Assembly (NCBI GenBank): GCA_976226885.1
Contig: OZ320313.1
Coordinates: 142,228,001-142,292,000 of the forward strand
Reading direction: 5' to 3'
DNA length: 64,000 bases
DNA from: Iphione sp. A-MEVVRFRX5
Lineage: Eukaryota
Shown here in pieces: positions 28,201 to 42,512 of the stretch (position 1 is its first letter; the number at the start of each line of letters is the position of its first letter). Below the pieces are notes generated by a model. It worked only from the letters and a program-made list of their open reading frames with translations. It was not told where the DNA came from and did no database searches. Made by a program: the position numbers and the translations under genes.

Positions 28201-31200
28201 TGAAACCAATTACAATGTACACTTTACAATTTATTTGAATAACAACGTCTTTATTTTTTAGTTCTTAATAGAACAAAATAATACGCAGGAATATGAAAAT
28301 TGGAAGTAGTGTATTATCATTATCTCGGATCGATTCTTTTTAATTTGTGGCGATTATAGGCTCTTCCAACCTGGCAGAAGCTTACCAGTCGGACCGAAGC
28401 TTGCCTTGTGAAAGTCTCACGGGCGAAAGGTGGCAACATGGAAAATACATTACCGCCATCAGGGCATACTCACCTTGTCAATAAATGCCTATATGTGTGT
28501 ATCGAATCAGAAGTGTTGCAGTCGTGCCGCTAGAAAGAAACAGTCTACCCATCTCGAAGAGGGCTTTTTTTTTAGCCTTATATCCTTCCGCATCCACCGA
28601 TCTCATTTCGGAAATCCCCAATCCATGACAATACGTAGACAACTATGTTCAACTTTGCAGCTGGCAGATATTAGTAGACGGGAGCTCCACCTACGCAGCT
28701 GTCCTTCCTTGCCGGCGACCGGTTCGCTGATATGAGGCAGAAAAGAAGGATTCTCCAGCAGCATTAGCAACGACATGGCGGTTGAGACAAAAGGAGTGCG
28801 CACGATAGCACGAACCGATCGTGAAAGGACGTTATTAATTGAAGAGATTATCTGACATCCACATGACATCGTCAATCAATGTCAGTGCTTTCATCAATTG
28901 ACGTCATCGCCCATGCTTATTTTTCTCCCATTTCTTTCTTTTGGGGAATGTTTACATTTTTTATGAGAAAGAGAGGCTTACCTCGAACCGGCTATGCCTC
29001 AGTTTATTACCTGTCATATTCATAGGATTCTTTAGATTACTTGGTAAAGGTTTTATAAGTATTAACAGTATCGACAATGGTTGCATCAACCACTTTATTC
29101 AAAAAGTAAAAAACCCAATTTGGTATGGACGGGAAGTGTCTGCACTTAATGACGATAAACTATTGCAGGTCTTCTATGTGTTGATAAAGTATACATTTTT
29201 TCAGGTTTTATTAATAGCACGATGCATGTACTCGTTCGTGATGATTAATCTATCAATGGGGAAGCACGGCACTATGTTGAAAAGACTTGGCACATGTCCT
29301 CAGAAGTCTTCATTGAGAGGGTAAGGAAATAGTCCACTTAGCGACATAAATCTGGCTTTAAATCACCACAGCCCTCGATCTATGATTATAATGCTGTAAG
29401 CTTAAATATTGCAGTCCAAAATGCGTTTACTACAAAGTTTATCACCCGTAATGAGTCAGACCGCAGTGACTTGGCCAAGGGTCCACTAGGTGAAAACACT
29501 TTCTGCTTTCCTTCCTTAATAAGACAAATAATCTCTACGATGATTCAATATTTTTGTTAGATAAAAGAGTCACGTGTGAATTTGATAAATAGACTATACA
29601 GACGATTCTCTTAAACCGCACAGACGAACACCAAAGTTTAAATGGCCAAAGAGATTTCAATGGAGCTCAAAGTATTTCACCATAAACAACATCGGATAAC
29701 TCAAATTATTCCACCTCTGAATACAGATGGTGCTATTTGGCAGAAGTACAGTCGCCATACACTGGAAAGCCAAACACCAACGATAGGGTGAACAAAGAAT
29801 CGAATCGGCAGTGGTCTGCCATTTTGTATGTTCATGTTTGGAACGGAAAGTCACATGACAGAAAGTAAATGTTGTGACGTCATCATTCAACATTACTGAT
29901 AACGAATTTTTGAAACGGATGTGAAAAAAATCCTCCTTAGAGGTAGAATATGTTAGCCAAATTATCCTATAAAACTAGGCATGTACGTGTGTAGAAACGA
30001 ATCCAGGGCATTCCTTTGCATGCAGTATAAGCCAACGTAACGCCATTGGACAATTGACATGGAAATAAAGATGGTACACTCACTGCTGCAGGCAAAGGAA
30101 TAGGCGGTATATTGATGGTACATCAACGGATACACCAGTGATCCACATATATTATACGTCAAAACCCATATCGCTAGTACTTGACGCACACCATATGCAC
30201 ACACACCATGTGCAGTGCATCTGACGGGCCATCACTGCACATGATGCACAAACACATGGATGAGAGGCCGTACCAATCGTACAACTAACTGGTGTAGTTC
30301 AGTTTTAAAGTTATTTTTGCTTTGCTAGAATTAACTAACCACTAGTCGGCTGCTTGAAGCTTTTGTTCATGTACACTTGTAGTTAGTATAAGACTCATAT
30401 TCACATCACCTATACTGAAGAAATACTATATTATCAGCTGTCATTGGCACTGTCAGTGGAGGTGACAAGTTAATCGTGCCAGGTAAAGGATACAGAAAAA
30501 ATGTGGTTACCAGCAAACTGTGTCAGACAGGCATTTTAGACAGCCGTAGGAATGACCACCTAGTCTGCCACTAAACATTTGTGATTTCCTTCAATGTAAT
30601 CCGTCACATGTACTAGACCGAGAATTTCAATTTTTAAGACATTCTGAAAAACCACACAGTAAGACTTCTTATCATGTTCACCTTTTAATTCCAAACAGTA
30701 ATAGCAATATAATCAATCATGAAGACATGCAATCAAAATTGACACATTAAGGAATTTTTGTAACAAAGGACCAAAAAGCCCACTCACGAGTGTAATTTCA
30801 ACCTAAGGCCCTAGATAGAAAACTTTACTTGCAGGAAGCTATTTGCGCGACTGCGAGAAATCTGAAAATGTCTCTCTTTGATATCAACTATAAGATAAAG
30901 GTCATAATGTGGTGTATTTTGTTCAGTTCCTGCGGCAATCAAAAATACCTTACTTCAGCCATCTTCCGGTAGATGTTCGTAGTCGGTGTGACATTACTTT
31001 TAGGTCAAAAAGCTTCTGCAAAATCGAAATACATGTGCGAGAGATAAGGATAGAAAAGGTAACAGAATGAAGAGATACGTTCTATAAAGTATGCATGTAG
31101 AAGTAATTTGCACAGGCTTCCTTTTTTAACTGTGCTGCCCTGCTCCAAAGGCTAACTCTGGCCAAACAAGAACCGGACAATTGCTGACACAGAACACCAC

Positions 31201-34139
31201 CTGCAGCACGATCAGCTAGAAAAGTAACACGTCCAACATTAGGGAAAGGCTTCCTTTCATACCGAAATTATAGCTATGGTAAACACCACCTTCCTGAGAA
31301 CGCCGACTAAAGCAAGACCAATGCAATTATTGTCAACGACCAAGAATCTGATAAAGTGAAGTTAGTTTGTGTCAGCCTTGGTCTATTCGGCCGGGCGGTA
31401 GTAGCTGAGATCGAGTGGGTGGACTGGAGGTAAGACTGGATTTATGAATGGCAATGAGCCGCCTATATCCTATGGACCTAAATAGCATGTGGCGACACAG
31501 AGACGGATCCCACCGGCTGGGTGCTTCATAAACACAGTGGAGGTTGACACTGCTTGCTCATAGTCCATCTCACACCTGCATCGGATATGTATCCAGCACA
31601 AATGAAAGCGCTGGTCTACGTTTTAATACCACCCACATACACGCCTACACATAGGTGCATACTGACACCCATCACGAAGAGATATCAATAGTGCTCTGGG
31701 CTAATACATCAAATTGCTGAGGTTGGTGCCTTCACTCGAGCTGCTCTGGATAGGTCCCGAGAGCAGCTCGGCGAACGGGGCGCTACATGAATGATACATT
31801 AGCAACTCAGCGACGGATCTGCATTCTTCAGAACGTTCCACCTTTCGCCGATGGCTAAGAATTTAGATCTGGCCGTATGATATGCTCTACAATTATCTGT
31901 ACACACATATCCTCGAATGTTCACGTATGCGGCTTTATGTATATAAACGACATGAAGAGAATGCGCAAAGGCAGATGTGGACGGCTTTAGGAAGCCATGA
32001 ATAATCTGGATATAATTCATCTTGGACATAGGTACCAGACCGCTATGTATGAAGCAGCAAGTTTAGAGTCAGAAACAGATGCAGGAAACTAATTCTACCC
32101 GTCCAATGCGACAATTTTATCTTCTCCAGTCGAGTAATGCATGTTTTTGTGATGAGTTCATCATACAATTACTAGCCTAAGATGTAAATATTTTCCAAAC
32201 AGGGGACATTGGTAGATATCTTTAAAATGTTCAGCTGTGCAAGAATTAAAGGCCCTAATACAGCAGCAGGTGACATGCATAATGACTGCAATCATCCATC
32301 CAATACCTATTCCCCAACTCCTCCTGCTGCCGAGGCAGGTGTGAAGTGCCCACACAACAACTGTGCAGCGCCTGTACCACGGATCACCCCCTCCCGCTTC
32401 CCATACAGACACACTGACGCGGCGCCCAGCTACTGACGTCATCGCGTTGGCAGATCAATTAAGCATGCATATGATGGATCTTACAAAGATTCTACTTGAT
32501 AGGAGTGGCGAGATGGGAGGGAGGGACAAACTGAATACGAATGTGCGTCGTTGTACTGATTTTCCACCAAGCGCATCACTCCAGCCTCAGCGAAAAGCCC
32601 AGTGGCCCCTGCCACCTCCCTCTCCCTCTCATTCCCACAGTCCGGACCCTTCGCCGTATGCTCCCATCCTTTGAGGAGGTACGCTCAGAGGTCCTTGTGC
32701 CCCCGACAGCGCGCACTAAGACCCGCTCTCCTCTCGTGGCCAGCGCCGCCCGTGGCCTGTCCGACAACATCCCTAATGAGTGGGGCCGTGAATATTTCAG
32801 TGCGCCCGGGCCGCTCTTCGATCGGGCGGCCAGACGGAAAAATGACGGATTCAATTTCCCTCAAAGACACGAGTTGTGCCCGCGCTGGTCGGCTGGAGGC
32901 AGAAGCAACGTGGAAACGGAGGCGACGGGGATGCCGCCGGAGCAAAAGCGAACGTTAGAACGTACTGGTGGCCACCATTTGACACCCAGGTCCAGGCGAT
33001 GTGCGGTCATTATTTCAGTGAGTCCGAAAGACAGCTGGCTGGCTGTAATAGCTACATGACGACTCGGCTACTAGTGGCGGATGTGCGGCCAGCAACATGG
33101 CGAAAAAAAAACAACATAAACACATGTACATCCGATGACTGAGGAATCCATGGATGGGTCTAGAAGAGTGGATGGATGGCAATGTTCCTATTTCGGCTTT
33201 TTCTGATAAAAGCACGATATATCGACAACGTGCAGTGAGAATGCTTTCTTTTTGTGTGTATGTGAGAGAGAATTATCTGATTTCATCAGGGAGAGAAATT
33301 GTATACATTTGTATACAAAATTTGTATACATCCAGCTGTAAATGTGTGTGAGTGCAATGTTGTCCGTGTAGCTTAGACAAATCATAGAAATACTGCAGGG
33401 TAATAACAAAAAAGTAATAATAAACATTCGTCAAATTTTATTCAAATATTCCTAAGCGTCCAGCTGAATCATATGCAGTGACTAGATGAAGGACAAATTT
33501 CTTTCGTAGTGGTGCAGAATGGTGAAGTTATGTTCAAAATCAAGTAGTCGACAAAATAAAATACAGCGATCTTGGACGTGACAGAGTGTGAAGGCAATGC
33601 AGATTGGGTAATGTAGCAGAGCACAGATAGAACTGTCACCAATCGGGATGAACCTATGATAATTACGACAAACTCATATCTTCTCGTTATTGTGCTGTCT
33701 ATATATTGCAATCTGCAATGCTTATCTGAGAGGTAGAAAATTTCCAGGTTTGTTTCACTATAATGCCCAAAGTCAATTATACTGCCTTGCGTAAATTAAT
33801 AACTTCCAGTGACTATTCAACTGTAAGCATGAACACCAACTGAGGGGCAGTATCATATATGCAAGGTGCAACAGAAGCGATGTCAATGTCAACATTCTTC
33901 ATAGTCTTCTAGATGGATGCCGCCTGAACAACAGCAAGTATACCACAAAATGAGAGTAGCAGTCACTACATTTTTTTTTAATTTTATCATTCTCTACTAT
34001 CAAGGAATTTGATGGTTGAAACAAGCTGATACTTATCTCTACTTGTAATCAAGGCTAGACAACTGAACACATATTAATAAATATATTCTTTAATACTAGA
34101 AGTCTTTGGCGAAAAAATTGTAAAATTATCCCTCGTCAA

Positions 34140-35090
34140 CTTAGAGGCCAGGTCTTTGGGATAGCTCCAAAAGCTGTCTTGATCCTGTGGTCATCCAGGA
34201 TACCAGATGGCGATGCCCAATGGTAACAAATATGGTTTCATTGCTGATAAATGCTGTTCGAGAACCTTTGGGCTCTTCAGAAACCAAGTGAGATACTAAG
34301 AAGAATAAGATGGAGTCTATCTCTATGTTCCTATAGTCGATACCAAAACGATGCCAGAAGTAATACACTCAACTCTCGCTTAGGAGACCAATCTGGACTG
34401 CAGAAATCTGATCTGTGCTGTGGTCTGATCTCTTCTGTGATCATTGTCTCTCTATATATACTATATGTGTTTAATACTATTAAAATCTGGTCTCTGTTGC
34501 GATCTGGTCTTCTCTATAGTCCGATCTTGAAGTAAGAATCAGCTGTTTGGCACATCATGACGTTTCTCTGTTACTAGACCTTGTCTTACTGCTTGGACTG
34601 TTATTATGAATGCCCTAACTACGGCTGAAACGTTTTTCCCTAGTGTCCTCCTTGACAGGGTATCACCTACCGTTAGTTTCTGTAGAATGCTGGTATAGCA
34701 GACGGAAAGATCTCTCTGCGCCTGGCAGAGCCAGGCAGCTCGAGCTGCTTTTAATACAATTCTATCCTTTACCCTAAATGTGGAGAAAATCTCTGTTGCC
34801 GCACTATTATCACATGGTACTAAAACACACGAACCTCTTGGGACAAACGTGGAGAGTCGCCTGATGGTCCATGCCATATTCATTGCCTCAATCTGTGAGA
34901 TGTGGAATTGCGATGAGACAACCAGGGCTGGAACAGAGTAGTAATCTGTCGGATCAAAATATGCTCCTAGCCCTGTCGGGCAAGCGTTACAGTAAATATT
35001 ATACTCTCGTGTTGTATTTGGGATGAGTGAAGAACCATTATATATATTACCTCTCATTCGTTGTAGGATCCGGCTAACGAACCATTAGCT
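34140..35090 (-). mobile_element. DIRS/Ngaro-type tyrosine-recombinase retrotransposon fragment (RNase H plus probable recombinase N-terminus)
   Basis: ORF 34539-35057 matches the DIRS-type RNase H pattern: IYCNAC (degenerate D) PTGLGAYF, HISQIEAMN, VLVPCDNSAA, AARAAWLCQA, GDTLSR. The downstream frame YFWHRFGID...ILFFL...HR (34141-34368) resembles the N-terminal part of DIRS recombinases (weaker match). Confidence 0.78.
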
Positions 35091-35139
35091 GGATACACCG
35101 ACATGGATATCATATTTTTCTTTCCCGGGAGCTGTTGTC

Positions 35140-36230
35140 ACTTATATAAAGTAATGGATTTCTTTTTGATCTTTTCAATGATGTCAGGGTTTTACGGACT
35201 TCTTTGTAGGAATATACCTCTTCATGCATCAACTGCAGCCAGCACGGGACCTACTTCTGTGGAGAGGGACGGTACCCCTCCCCTCTCACCTGGAGGCACT
35301 GTTATGTCTAGTGCATGGACTGTACCTTATGTGAACTATTAAAGGCCACTCCTCCAATTGCTAGATCTATAATGGCACAATCATGGCTCAAGGATTCATT
35401 TCCAAATAACCCCTCTTCATCTACCTCTGCCAGAAGACAATTATGCTGAAAGCCCTCCCTAACCTGCACATATCTATCTGTTGCTGGCCTAAGGGAGGGA
35501 TAATGTGTTCCCCTGCTCCCATTATCCTTATAGGAGACCCCTTTAACTTTAGACCAGGGACCACTTGGGGGTTACAATGGAGACCTCAGCAGTCATATCG
35601 ATAAGTGAAAGAAGTATCCCCCGTAAGGTTTTGTTTGGTTTGTACCTGGGCCTTGCTCCATTATTACCTCCCAATGGATGGTCACAGTCACTCCCCCCCG
35701 GTCTATTTGGATCACTGCTGGATGTTTTTCAACGGCGGTGTTGGTCATGAAGCCTGAGGAAAGTTCTTCTTGAAATGGCCCTGTTGCTTGCATATGAAAC
35801 ATCAAGTATCCCTAGAACATATATGCTCTCCTTCTTCATCTCCTGTGGGAACTTGGTCTGCTCCTGGATGAGCTTCTCCAACACTCCTTCCAGAGGTTCA
35901 TCAGTGCCTCCTCCTGTATGGCATGTACGTGTGTCGAGAACTTCTTTTGTTCGGCAATGACTTGCAGGGTTGCCTGTAATCTTGCACTGGGCCTTCAGGC
36001 ACTTGAGGGGCAGTTTCTAAGGGAGGGCAAATTAAAATTCCACTACTACTGCTGATTCAGGAGTCTTGGTACTCACATCCGGGTAGTCGGTTCCGACCAG
36101 TTTGCGTACCTTTTGTCGCCAGATGGTCGACAAATCCTGCGTGGCTGATACCCAGCTCCTTCTTCGCCAAAACCTTCTATTCGATGATGGTCACCTGGTA
36201 ATGGAAGTCTGCCTAGTCTCCCTGGCTCCA
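35140..36230 (-). mobile_element. Decayed Ty3/Gypsy LTR-retrotransposon gag-protease remnant
   Basis: Minus strand, with several stops and frameshifts. Gag-like RKLVGTDYPDVSTKTPESAVVVEF*FALP; protease-like LIDMTAEVSIV (degenerate DTGA motif, 35574-35606); IRIMGAGEHIIPPLGQ; HNCLLAEVDEEGLFG...CAIIDL; post-protease ITVPPGE...SITLYK. Confidence 0.75.
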
Positions 36231-39200
36231 CTGAGTTTTTTGATGTTTTACAATGTTTTGTTACACTAAAAAATTGAAAAAAAAACTAAAAGGAAAAATG
36301 CTAAATATTCAAAAGGACAAAACAATTGCAGAGTCCCCTAAAACAAACCATACTATTATCATTATAATTGAAATAAGTATCTCATACTCAGTTCTTGGAG
36401 GGATACTATTTAGTATAGGATGTACATTGAAAAGGGAAGAAAAAACCTGCTTGATAACTTAATGATGATCAAGATTAGGTACTAAAAATTGTAATTGGCC
36501 TTCATTTACCCAAGTAGAACACGAAGGGAAAGTCTTCTAAGGACGCACTATTTGATATCTATAATGTATTGTTACATAAATCAACCAAAGAAAATCTTAA
36601 ATTGCCATACAGGGAGAATAAACAAAATATTAAAAACACCGGCAGAGCATTCATGTAGAGATGCTTTCTGGTGGTATCATTTTAGTGCAATAATTTAAGT
36701 TTACGGACGTGTTCTCGACAGAATAATCCAGCCGGTGGCTCGGGTGAATAAGGGACTACTGACAATGGGAATTCAGCGCAAGGCAGTACCACCATAGATA
36801 GCAAGAATTGTTTGGGGGTGGCCAGGACACAATGCAGCCGAATGCTATAGCAGAGTGAGGCAAGCATACAAGAAGGGACCTACAGCGGCTCACTGCCCGG
36901 GGGCACACAGTCCTATAGAAGATGGAGCAACCTACCTTACATTATCTGCTGCCGCACTTGAAAGAGGGCTGCTCATATGGAAGGCCGATAAACCAGAAAA
37001 TGAAACAGCCTTCTCCTCCACTGTGTGCAATATAAATCTATAGAAATGCAACTTTGTAATGTTACGGATAGTCATGTTAACATTCCCGTTTAACTTCGAT
37101 AAAAGAAGCATATATTTGAGATGTCCTCTACTGTGGCTCAAGTAAGTTATAATGAGAATATTCAATCTGCGATCGTCCTTACTCAGTGATATACGTTCGA
37201 ATATACTGGACCCAAACACGCCGCATTCATAATCTCCAGAACTGAGCTAGATTATAAATATATAATATAGGCGCATGTATCATGTAACTGACAGCCTGGG
37301 GGAAGTGTGCGGACGGAGGAAATGTAACGGATTATCAGATATCAACATACAGCTATTGCAAATTTATGTTGACTATTTCTGCTACCTTTCCAATACGTAT
37401 TGTATATTGTCAACTTTGAATGAGGTAAACATGTTATAGTTTGAGCATGTAGGCTCCTGCCAGAAGATCCAAAAGTTTCCCTAGAATAGACAGATAAAAG
37501 GGAAAGATAAGTGAAAAAGCAACGAACAGTGCACAAACAAACAGGTGAGTACGCCAAATAGGTTTCGAGTCCGTGGACGTTGATGATTGGCTTTAGTTTA
37601 TTTGGTTCTGCTTCCATTCCATTTGCACTGCTACTCCACCCGCCTTGCCACCGACGCCACCTTTTACCATCAACAGCCTCCCTCACCGCAACCTCTATTA
37701 GCACTATCTGCCTGCCGCAATATGTCTTCGAACTGCCGTAACTCATCGAAATTGTGTCGCAGAGACGGATACAGTCCCTGTCCATATTCAAATTAATAAG
37801 CATATTGGCTGCCTGGAATCTGATCGGCTGAAGTGGATCATTTTATGCGGCGTTCTGTGCGATTGGCTTTGTCCGGGAAGCAGTTGGGACAAGGGCAGAC
37901 GACTTCCAAGCAATTCGCCCCGCCGGACAGCCGCCTCGAAAGCTGAGGCTTTATGGTACACAACAGGCCGGTCAGCCACTTCAAACTCCAAAATGGCGGC
38001 GTATTCATCAGCCCATACAGCCCCGATAGCGGTCGGTGGGGCTCAGGGCGGCGACGCCCCCTGGTGGCTGGGTGGGAGGCCGATGGGCTGGGCGGGCCCC
38101 ACTCGACGGCCGGGGATAGGTGATGAACGTGCGCGCGACCGCCATGAGTAATGGGCGGGACAGGGGGGAGTGGGCGATAATAAAAGGAAACACCTGGTTC
38201 TTCTCACGACGAGAACAATAGACGGAACTGAGATGGTGGGCGCTCCACGCAATGCACCCGTCCGTCGACTGGAGATCAATCTGTGCCAAGACAGGCAGTC
38301 ATAAGCAGGCACAGCTAGTGCGGTAAAGCAATTCACTTCGTCATTTGTTTTCTTGTACCACATATCACTGACAAAATTCTAGACGTGGGCAAGTGTGCGC
38401 TGAGAATCCCACGTAAGTTTGTGGATGATAACCGTCAGCAGTGCTTCATATGATAGGTTATGTCTTTTCCTGTCCTCCCGTCTCTGCATTTCACAGCAAC
38501 TCAGATGGACTCCAAGGAGATTTCAAAATAGGCGTCCCAACAAGAACAGGTTGTAAACTATTCCTAATGAACATAAAGGACACCTTACGCTAAGCTTCTA
38601 TGTTGTGGTCTATATTTAAGTGGTTACATACACTCACCATTTAAAATTGGTCTAACAAGATGTAGATCAAGAGAAATCTAGGTAGATATCTGGTATGGAC
38701 AAAAAGCATTGTATTACTGGTTTCACCTCTCTGTTATTGTCCTGTTGTTACACCCTTGCTGTTGGACCAGGATAAATAAAGTCATAAAAAAAGTAGGAAA
38801 AGTACGAAGAAAGATCTCCCATGTCCTCTTGACGGACGCATCAATGAAGCACCTGAACACTGGCCACACCTGTCTTCTATGTGGTCGTGAACAGTGATGG
38901 GCGGATGCAAATTTGAGCAGCAAAATATGTAGGTAATTATACCAACCTCAGCTGGCGTACAACTTCATCCTCATTAGCAGATAATAATATGGCTACCATA
39001 CTACTATCTCCTAAAGAGAACTGAGAAACCTGAACACCCGGACATGACCCCTACTCTTATTTCAAATAAGTTTCTAGACTTTTTCTGTATAAGAGACAGA
39101 ATCCTGAAACTCAGTACAAATAGAACAGGCGTTTACCTTTCATATGTGTGCGTAAAAAAATGAATATATTTTTAATCGTTGAACAAGACGTGCTTATTAC

Positions 39201-40989
39201 GATTTATGATCCGTCAATTTTATGGCAAAGGTTTGTGTCAGTCCCGGTACTGCAGAATAAAATATTGGAACTCCACAGCAGATTGATGTGAGATCTAGAT
39301 GAAAACTGTGCAACCGACTTTTGGGTAAAATGACAGTTACGGTGGTCAAAGAGAGGTGATCTATACGTCGATCAAGACAGATCACAATATCATTCTGAAT
39401 ATGAACTTTCTAGATGACGCTGCTAAATGAAAATGAAAAAGCCTTCATGCAATGACATTTAAGTTTAACAGATAATTCAATGCTTTTCTGATGACATGAG
39501 GAAATTGTTACCATTTAAAAAAGTTGGTCTGCAATTGTTATAATATCAAACTTACCATGTGTTATGTGGCGCGTTTTGGGTGAAAACAAACGCTAGAGCA
39601 AAACAGAAAATGTCAATTCAAGTGCAAGATATGCGATCAATAAAAAGTGTTTAATATCACTTCATACTCTAGGGAAAGGACAGGCATTACCGACGTGAAG
39701 CACACATTTAATGCAAATGACAATCCCCATTATTTATTGACAACTTCCTATCTGCAGATGGCTTTAACGCAATTCTCGGAGGCCGCGTAGTGAGAGCAGT
39801 TCCCTGAGGATTGAAACCAGCAATCTTAGTGCCGGAGATCTAGGTGCTAGAATCCTAATAAATGAGCAGCTCTCACATCTAATAATGTGCGGATACAGGA
39901 TACCTGCCGGTGTATTGGAGATCCTTCCGGGGCTGCTAGACAGCGATGATGACAGGGGCTAGCCATACCTTATTAAGCCAACGTGTGGAGGGACGTTATT
40001 AAATCTGTAGGTGATGTATGCCCGCAGACTAAGCTAATTGGAGGGATTTCTGTGGTGGCAATCGGTGAGGAAATGGAGGGCGGGGTAATCTTGGAAGTTT
40101 GAGCCTCCTGTTACAAATCAGTTTTTAAGCGGCACACATTTATGGAAGAGTGTAGGAACTGTGGTAGCAAAGTAAAGTGTCATTTACCTAAGTTGATTGC
40201 CTAGGTTGCAGGAATGAAGCAGGTGTTGATATTCCAGTTCAGGCAATGGAAGACTCTATTTAAATCGAAGAAAATAGACTCAGCCCGTTTTACGTTCGTG
40301 GAAGATAAATAAACGTTTGTTAACACGTGTTTTCGATCTCACGTGTGGGAAGAGTATTTTTATTTGTTACATTTTTTTTCTCTTATGCATCTATCATCAG
40401 TAGTATTTTACTCTTAGAGTCCCTGCTATATCATTTACCGGTATCATTATTACCAGCATTATAGCTTGTAGATGCCTTTTTGTGGGGCAAGGGTCCATTG
40501 GCTGTGGTAGGCATCCGTGGTTGGGTTAGGAGGTCATACACATGGGGTTGATTGGTTGGTTAGTGACCTTAAGAGTTCGGTGGAATTACGAGCCCTGGGT
40601 TCCTCGTCGTTTGTTGTACGGGCGAAGCTGCTCTTGACATGCTTGCAGGCCATGGCTCCCCTTCGAATGACGAGCAGCTCTTCTCATGGCTCGACAGTTT
40701 GGTGATGAGTTTTCAGACCTGCCCTACAATCCCAACCCGCACACGCATGACTCAAGCTGTTCGCGTTGCATCTGCAGCTGACGAGCTGGTCGAGGGCTAT
40801 AATTGGATAAGTTAAGGCCCCAAACGAACAACGGATGTGACGCGCTATCGAAGAATCTTCTAGGGCCTTTACGCACAAACACACGCACACACATACACAC
40901 ATACTGGTGGCGTATCTGTTATCATACTTCAAGTTGTAGTGTGTTCTGGATTGGGGGTACAGTAAATCTATCTAGTCTTCATTAAGAGT

Positions 40990-41065
40990 TCCATGCCGAG
41001 GATTGAACCTGCATGCATCCTCTAGATCAGTGGGCCAGTGCTAGTCGGCACCAACTAAGGTTACT
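40990..41065 (-). mobile_element. Possible degenerate tRNA-derived SINE head
   Basis: The minus strand shows an A-box-like TAGTTGGT and a B-box-like GGTTCAATCC at tRNA-like spacing. No full cloverleaf. Confidence 0.3.
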
Positions 41066-42366
41066 CCCCACTAGCTTTATATTCTAGACTGTAAGTCATG
41101 AGGAAGGAAAGAAGTAGAACTGACTGAAAGGTAAGTTTTTTTTTACATTCGAGAGAGCTTTACTATAACAGCATTGATCGTAACTATGATTGCTTCGGGT
41201 GAAATTTTACAATGTTTAAGCTGATAATGCAACAAATTATTTAATTAGCACCAAGATAAAGAGGTATGTTTTTTCGTAAATATATCGATATATTTCACTT
41301 TTTCATGATCAATGTTGAAGCTTTCTTATGTACTCACCGAAGGGACCTGTCGAGAGAGTTGCCCTTGATAGATATTTTACTGTTTAATATATATTCTGTG
41401 GTGCTGGGATCAGCATACGTTGCCCTTAATTTTGAGTTTCCTTCTGTTTGAAGTGCTGGTAAAGTAAGTTGCTATTGTTACATATGAACGCTAGCTTTGG
41501 GCGGGCCGGCAATCAGTAGATAGGTATGTGATGGGCGATTCTGTGCATATGACTGGATGCATTGACCAGTCTGCGCTAAATCCCTCTTTGCTTACACTCT
41601 CCCACTGACACAATGGTAAGTGTGGAGGTAACAGCAGCCACCGTCAATTCTTATAGGCCTGTAATTTCGGGCCATTACTGAATACCACTTTTATATGCAC
41701 ATTAACTAACATGCATGGCCACTTATGATTCCGAGATAATACCCTTCTGTGTCCCTTGAGAATGAGTGCGCCCGTATTATTTCGGATACAGCTCATCGAA
41801 TTTATCCGGAGGAGCCGCTTCAAAGGGTACATCCAAACCCTGTACTGTCTGAAGTGAGCCCCATCGTTAGTGCCCTAGATATTCAAGCCTGACAACACTT
41901 TTTAATGGAAGATATAAACATGAAAAACGAGGACTCCATGCCAATGAACTGAAGTGCATAGAAACGCCTGCCCCATATCTCCAAGTTGCCTTCTAGTTTA
42001 AATTATTATGTCATTATCTTTTTATTGGTGGCTAGAATTAATCATTCCCAGATGAATATACTTTTGACTGTTGCTCATAATCTTTAATGAAACGTTCTAG
42101 TTTTATTTCGAATTTGTTTCAGAATATCTGAATTTCAAGCAAAACTTCCGCTACGTGGGAAGAGCACACACTATGTATATCATTTATCCGCCAATTTATA
42201 AGCGATTAATATCGGGAAGAATTCCTCTTATTTCAAATAAACAAATTGAGAATCTCGATGTCTAGGTTCTAAAATTAGATTAGGATTGGTCAGAGTTTAA
42301 CAACTAGTCACAGTTATTTTTTCCCACCCAAAGTTACTTAAAAGTCTCGATTTACGTCGGCGTGTC

Positions 42367-42512
42367 CCGGCCAATCAGGGCGCGATTGGTGTGTCACGTG
42401 TTCAACCACTGGCGGCGATGATCACGTGTTACAAGTCCGGCCAATGAGGTCACGAAAACACTTGATTGGCCGGTGGATCGCCCACCTCCTCCCAGATACA
42501 AGGCGTGATTGG
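42367..42512. promoter_or_regulatory. CCAAT-box and E-box cluster (promoter-like)
   Basis: Five CCAAT/ATTGG boxes (42371, 42385, 42441, 42465, 42508) and two CACGTG (42395, 42423) within about 150 bp. CCGGCCAAT occurs twice directly and once inverted. Confidence 0.5.

Noticed and set aside
33301-33330. TGTATACA repeats forming a perfect 10-bp hairpin; similarly (TACGTA)n near 45707
   Set aside because: Short self-complementary simple repeats; TACATGTA-type words are common throughout the window.
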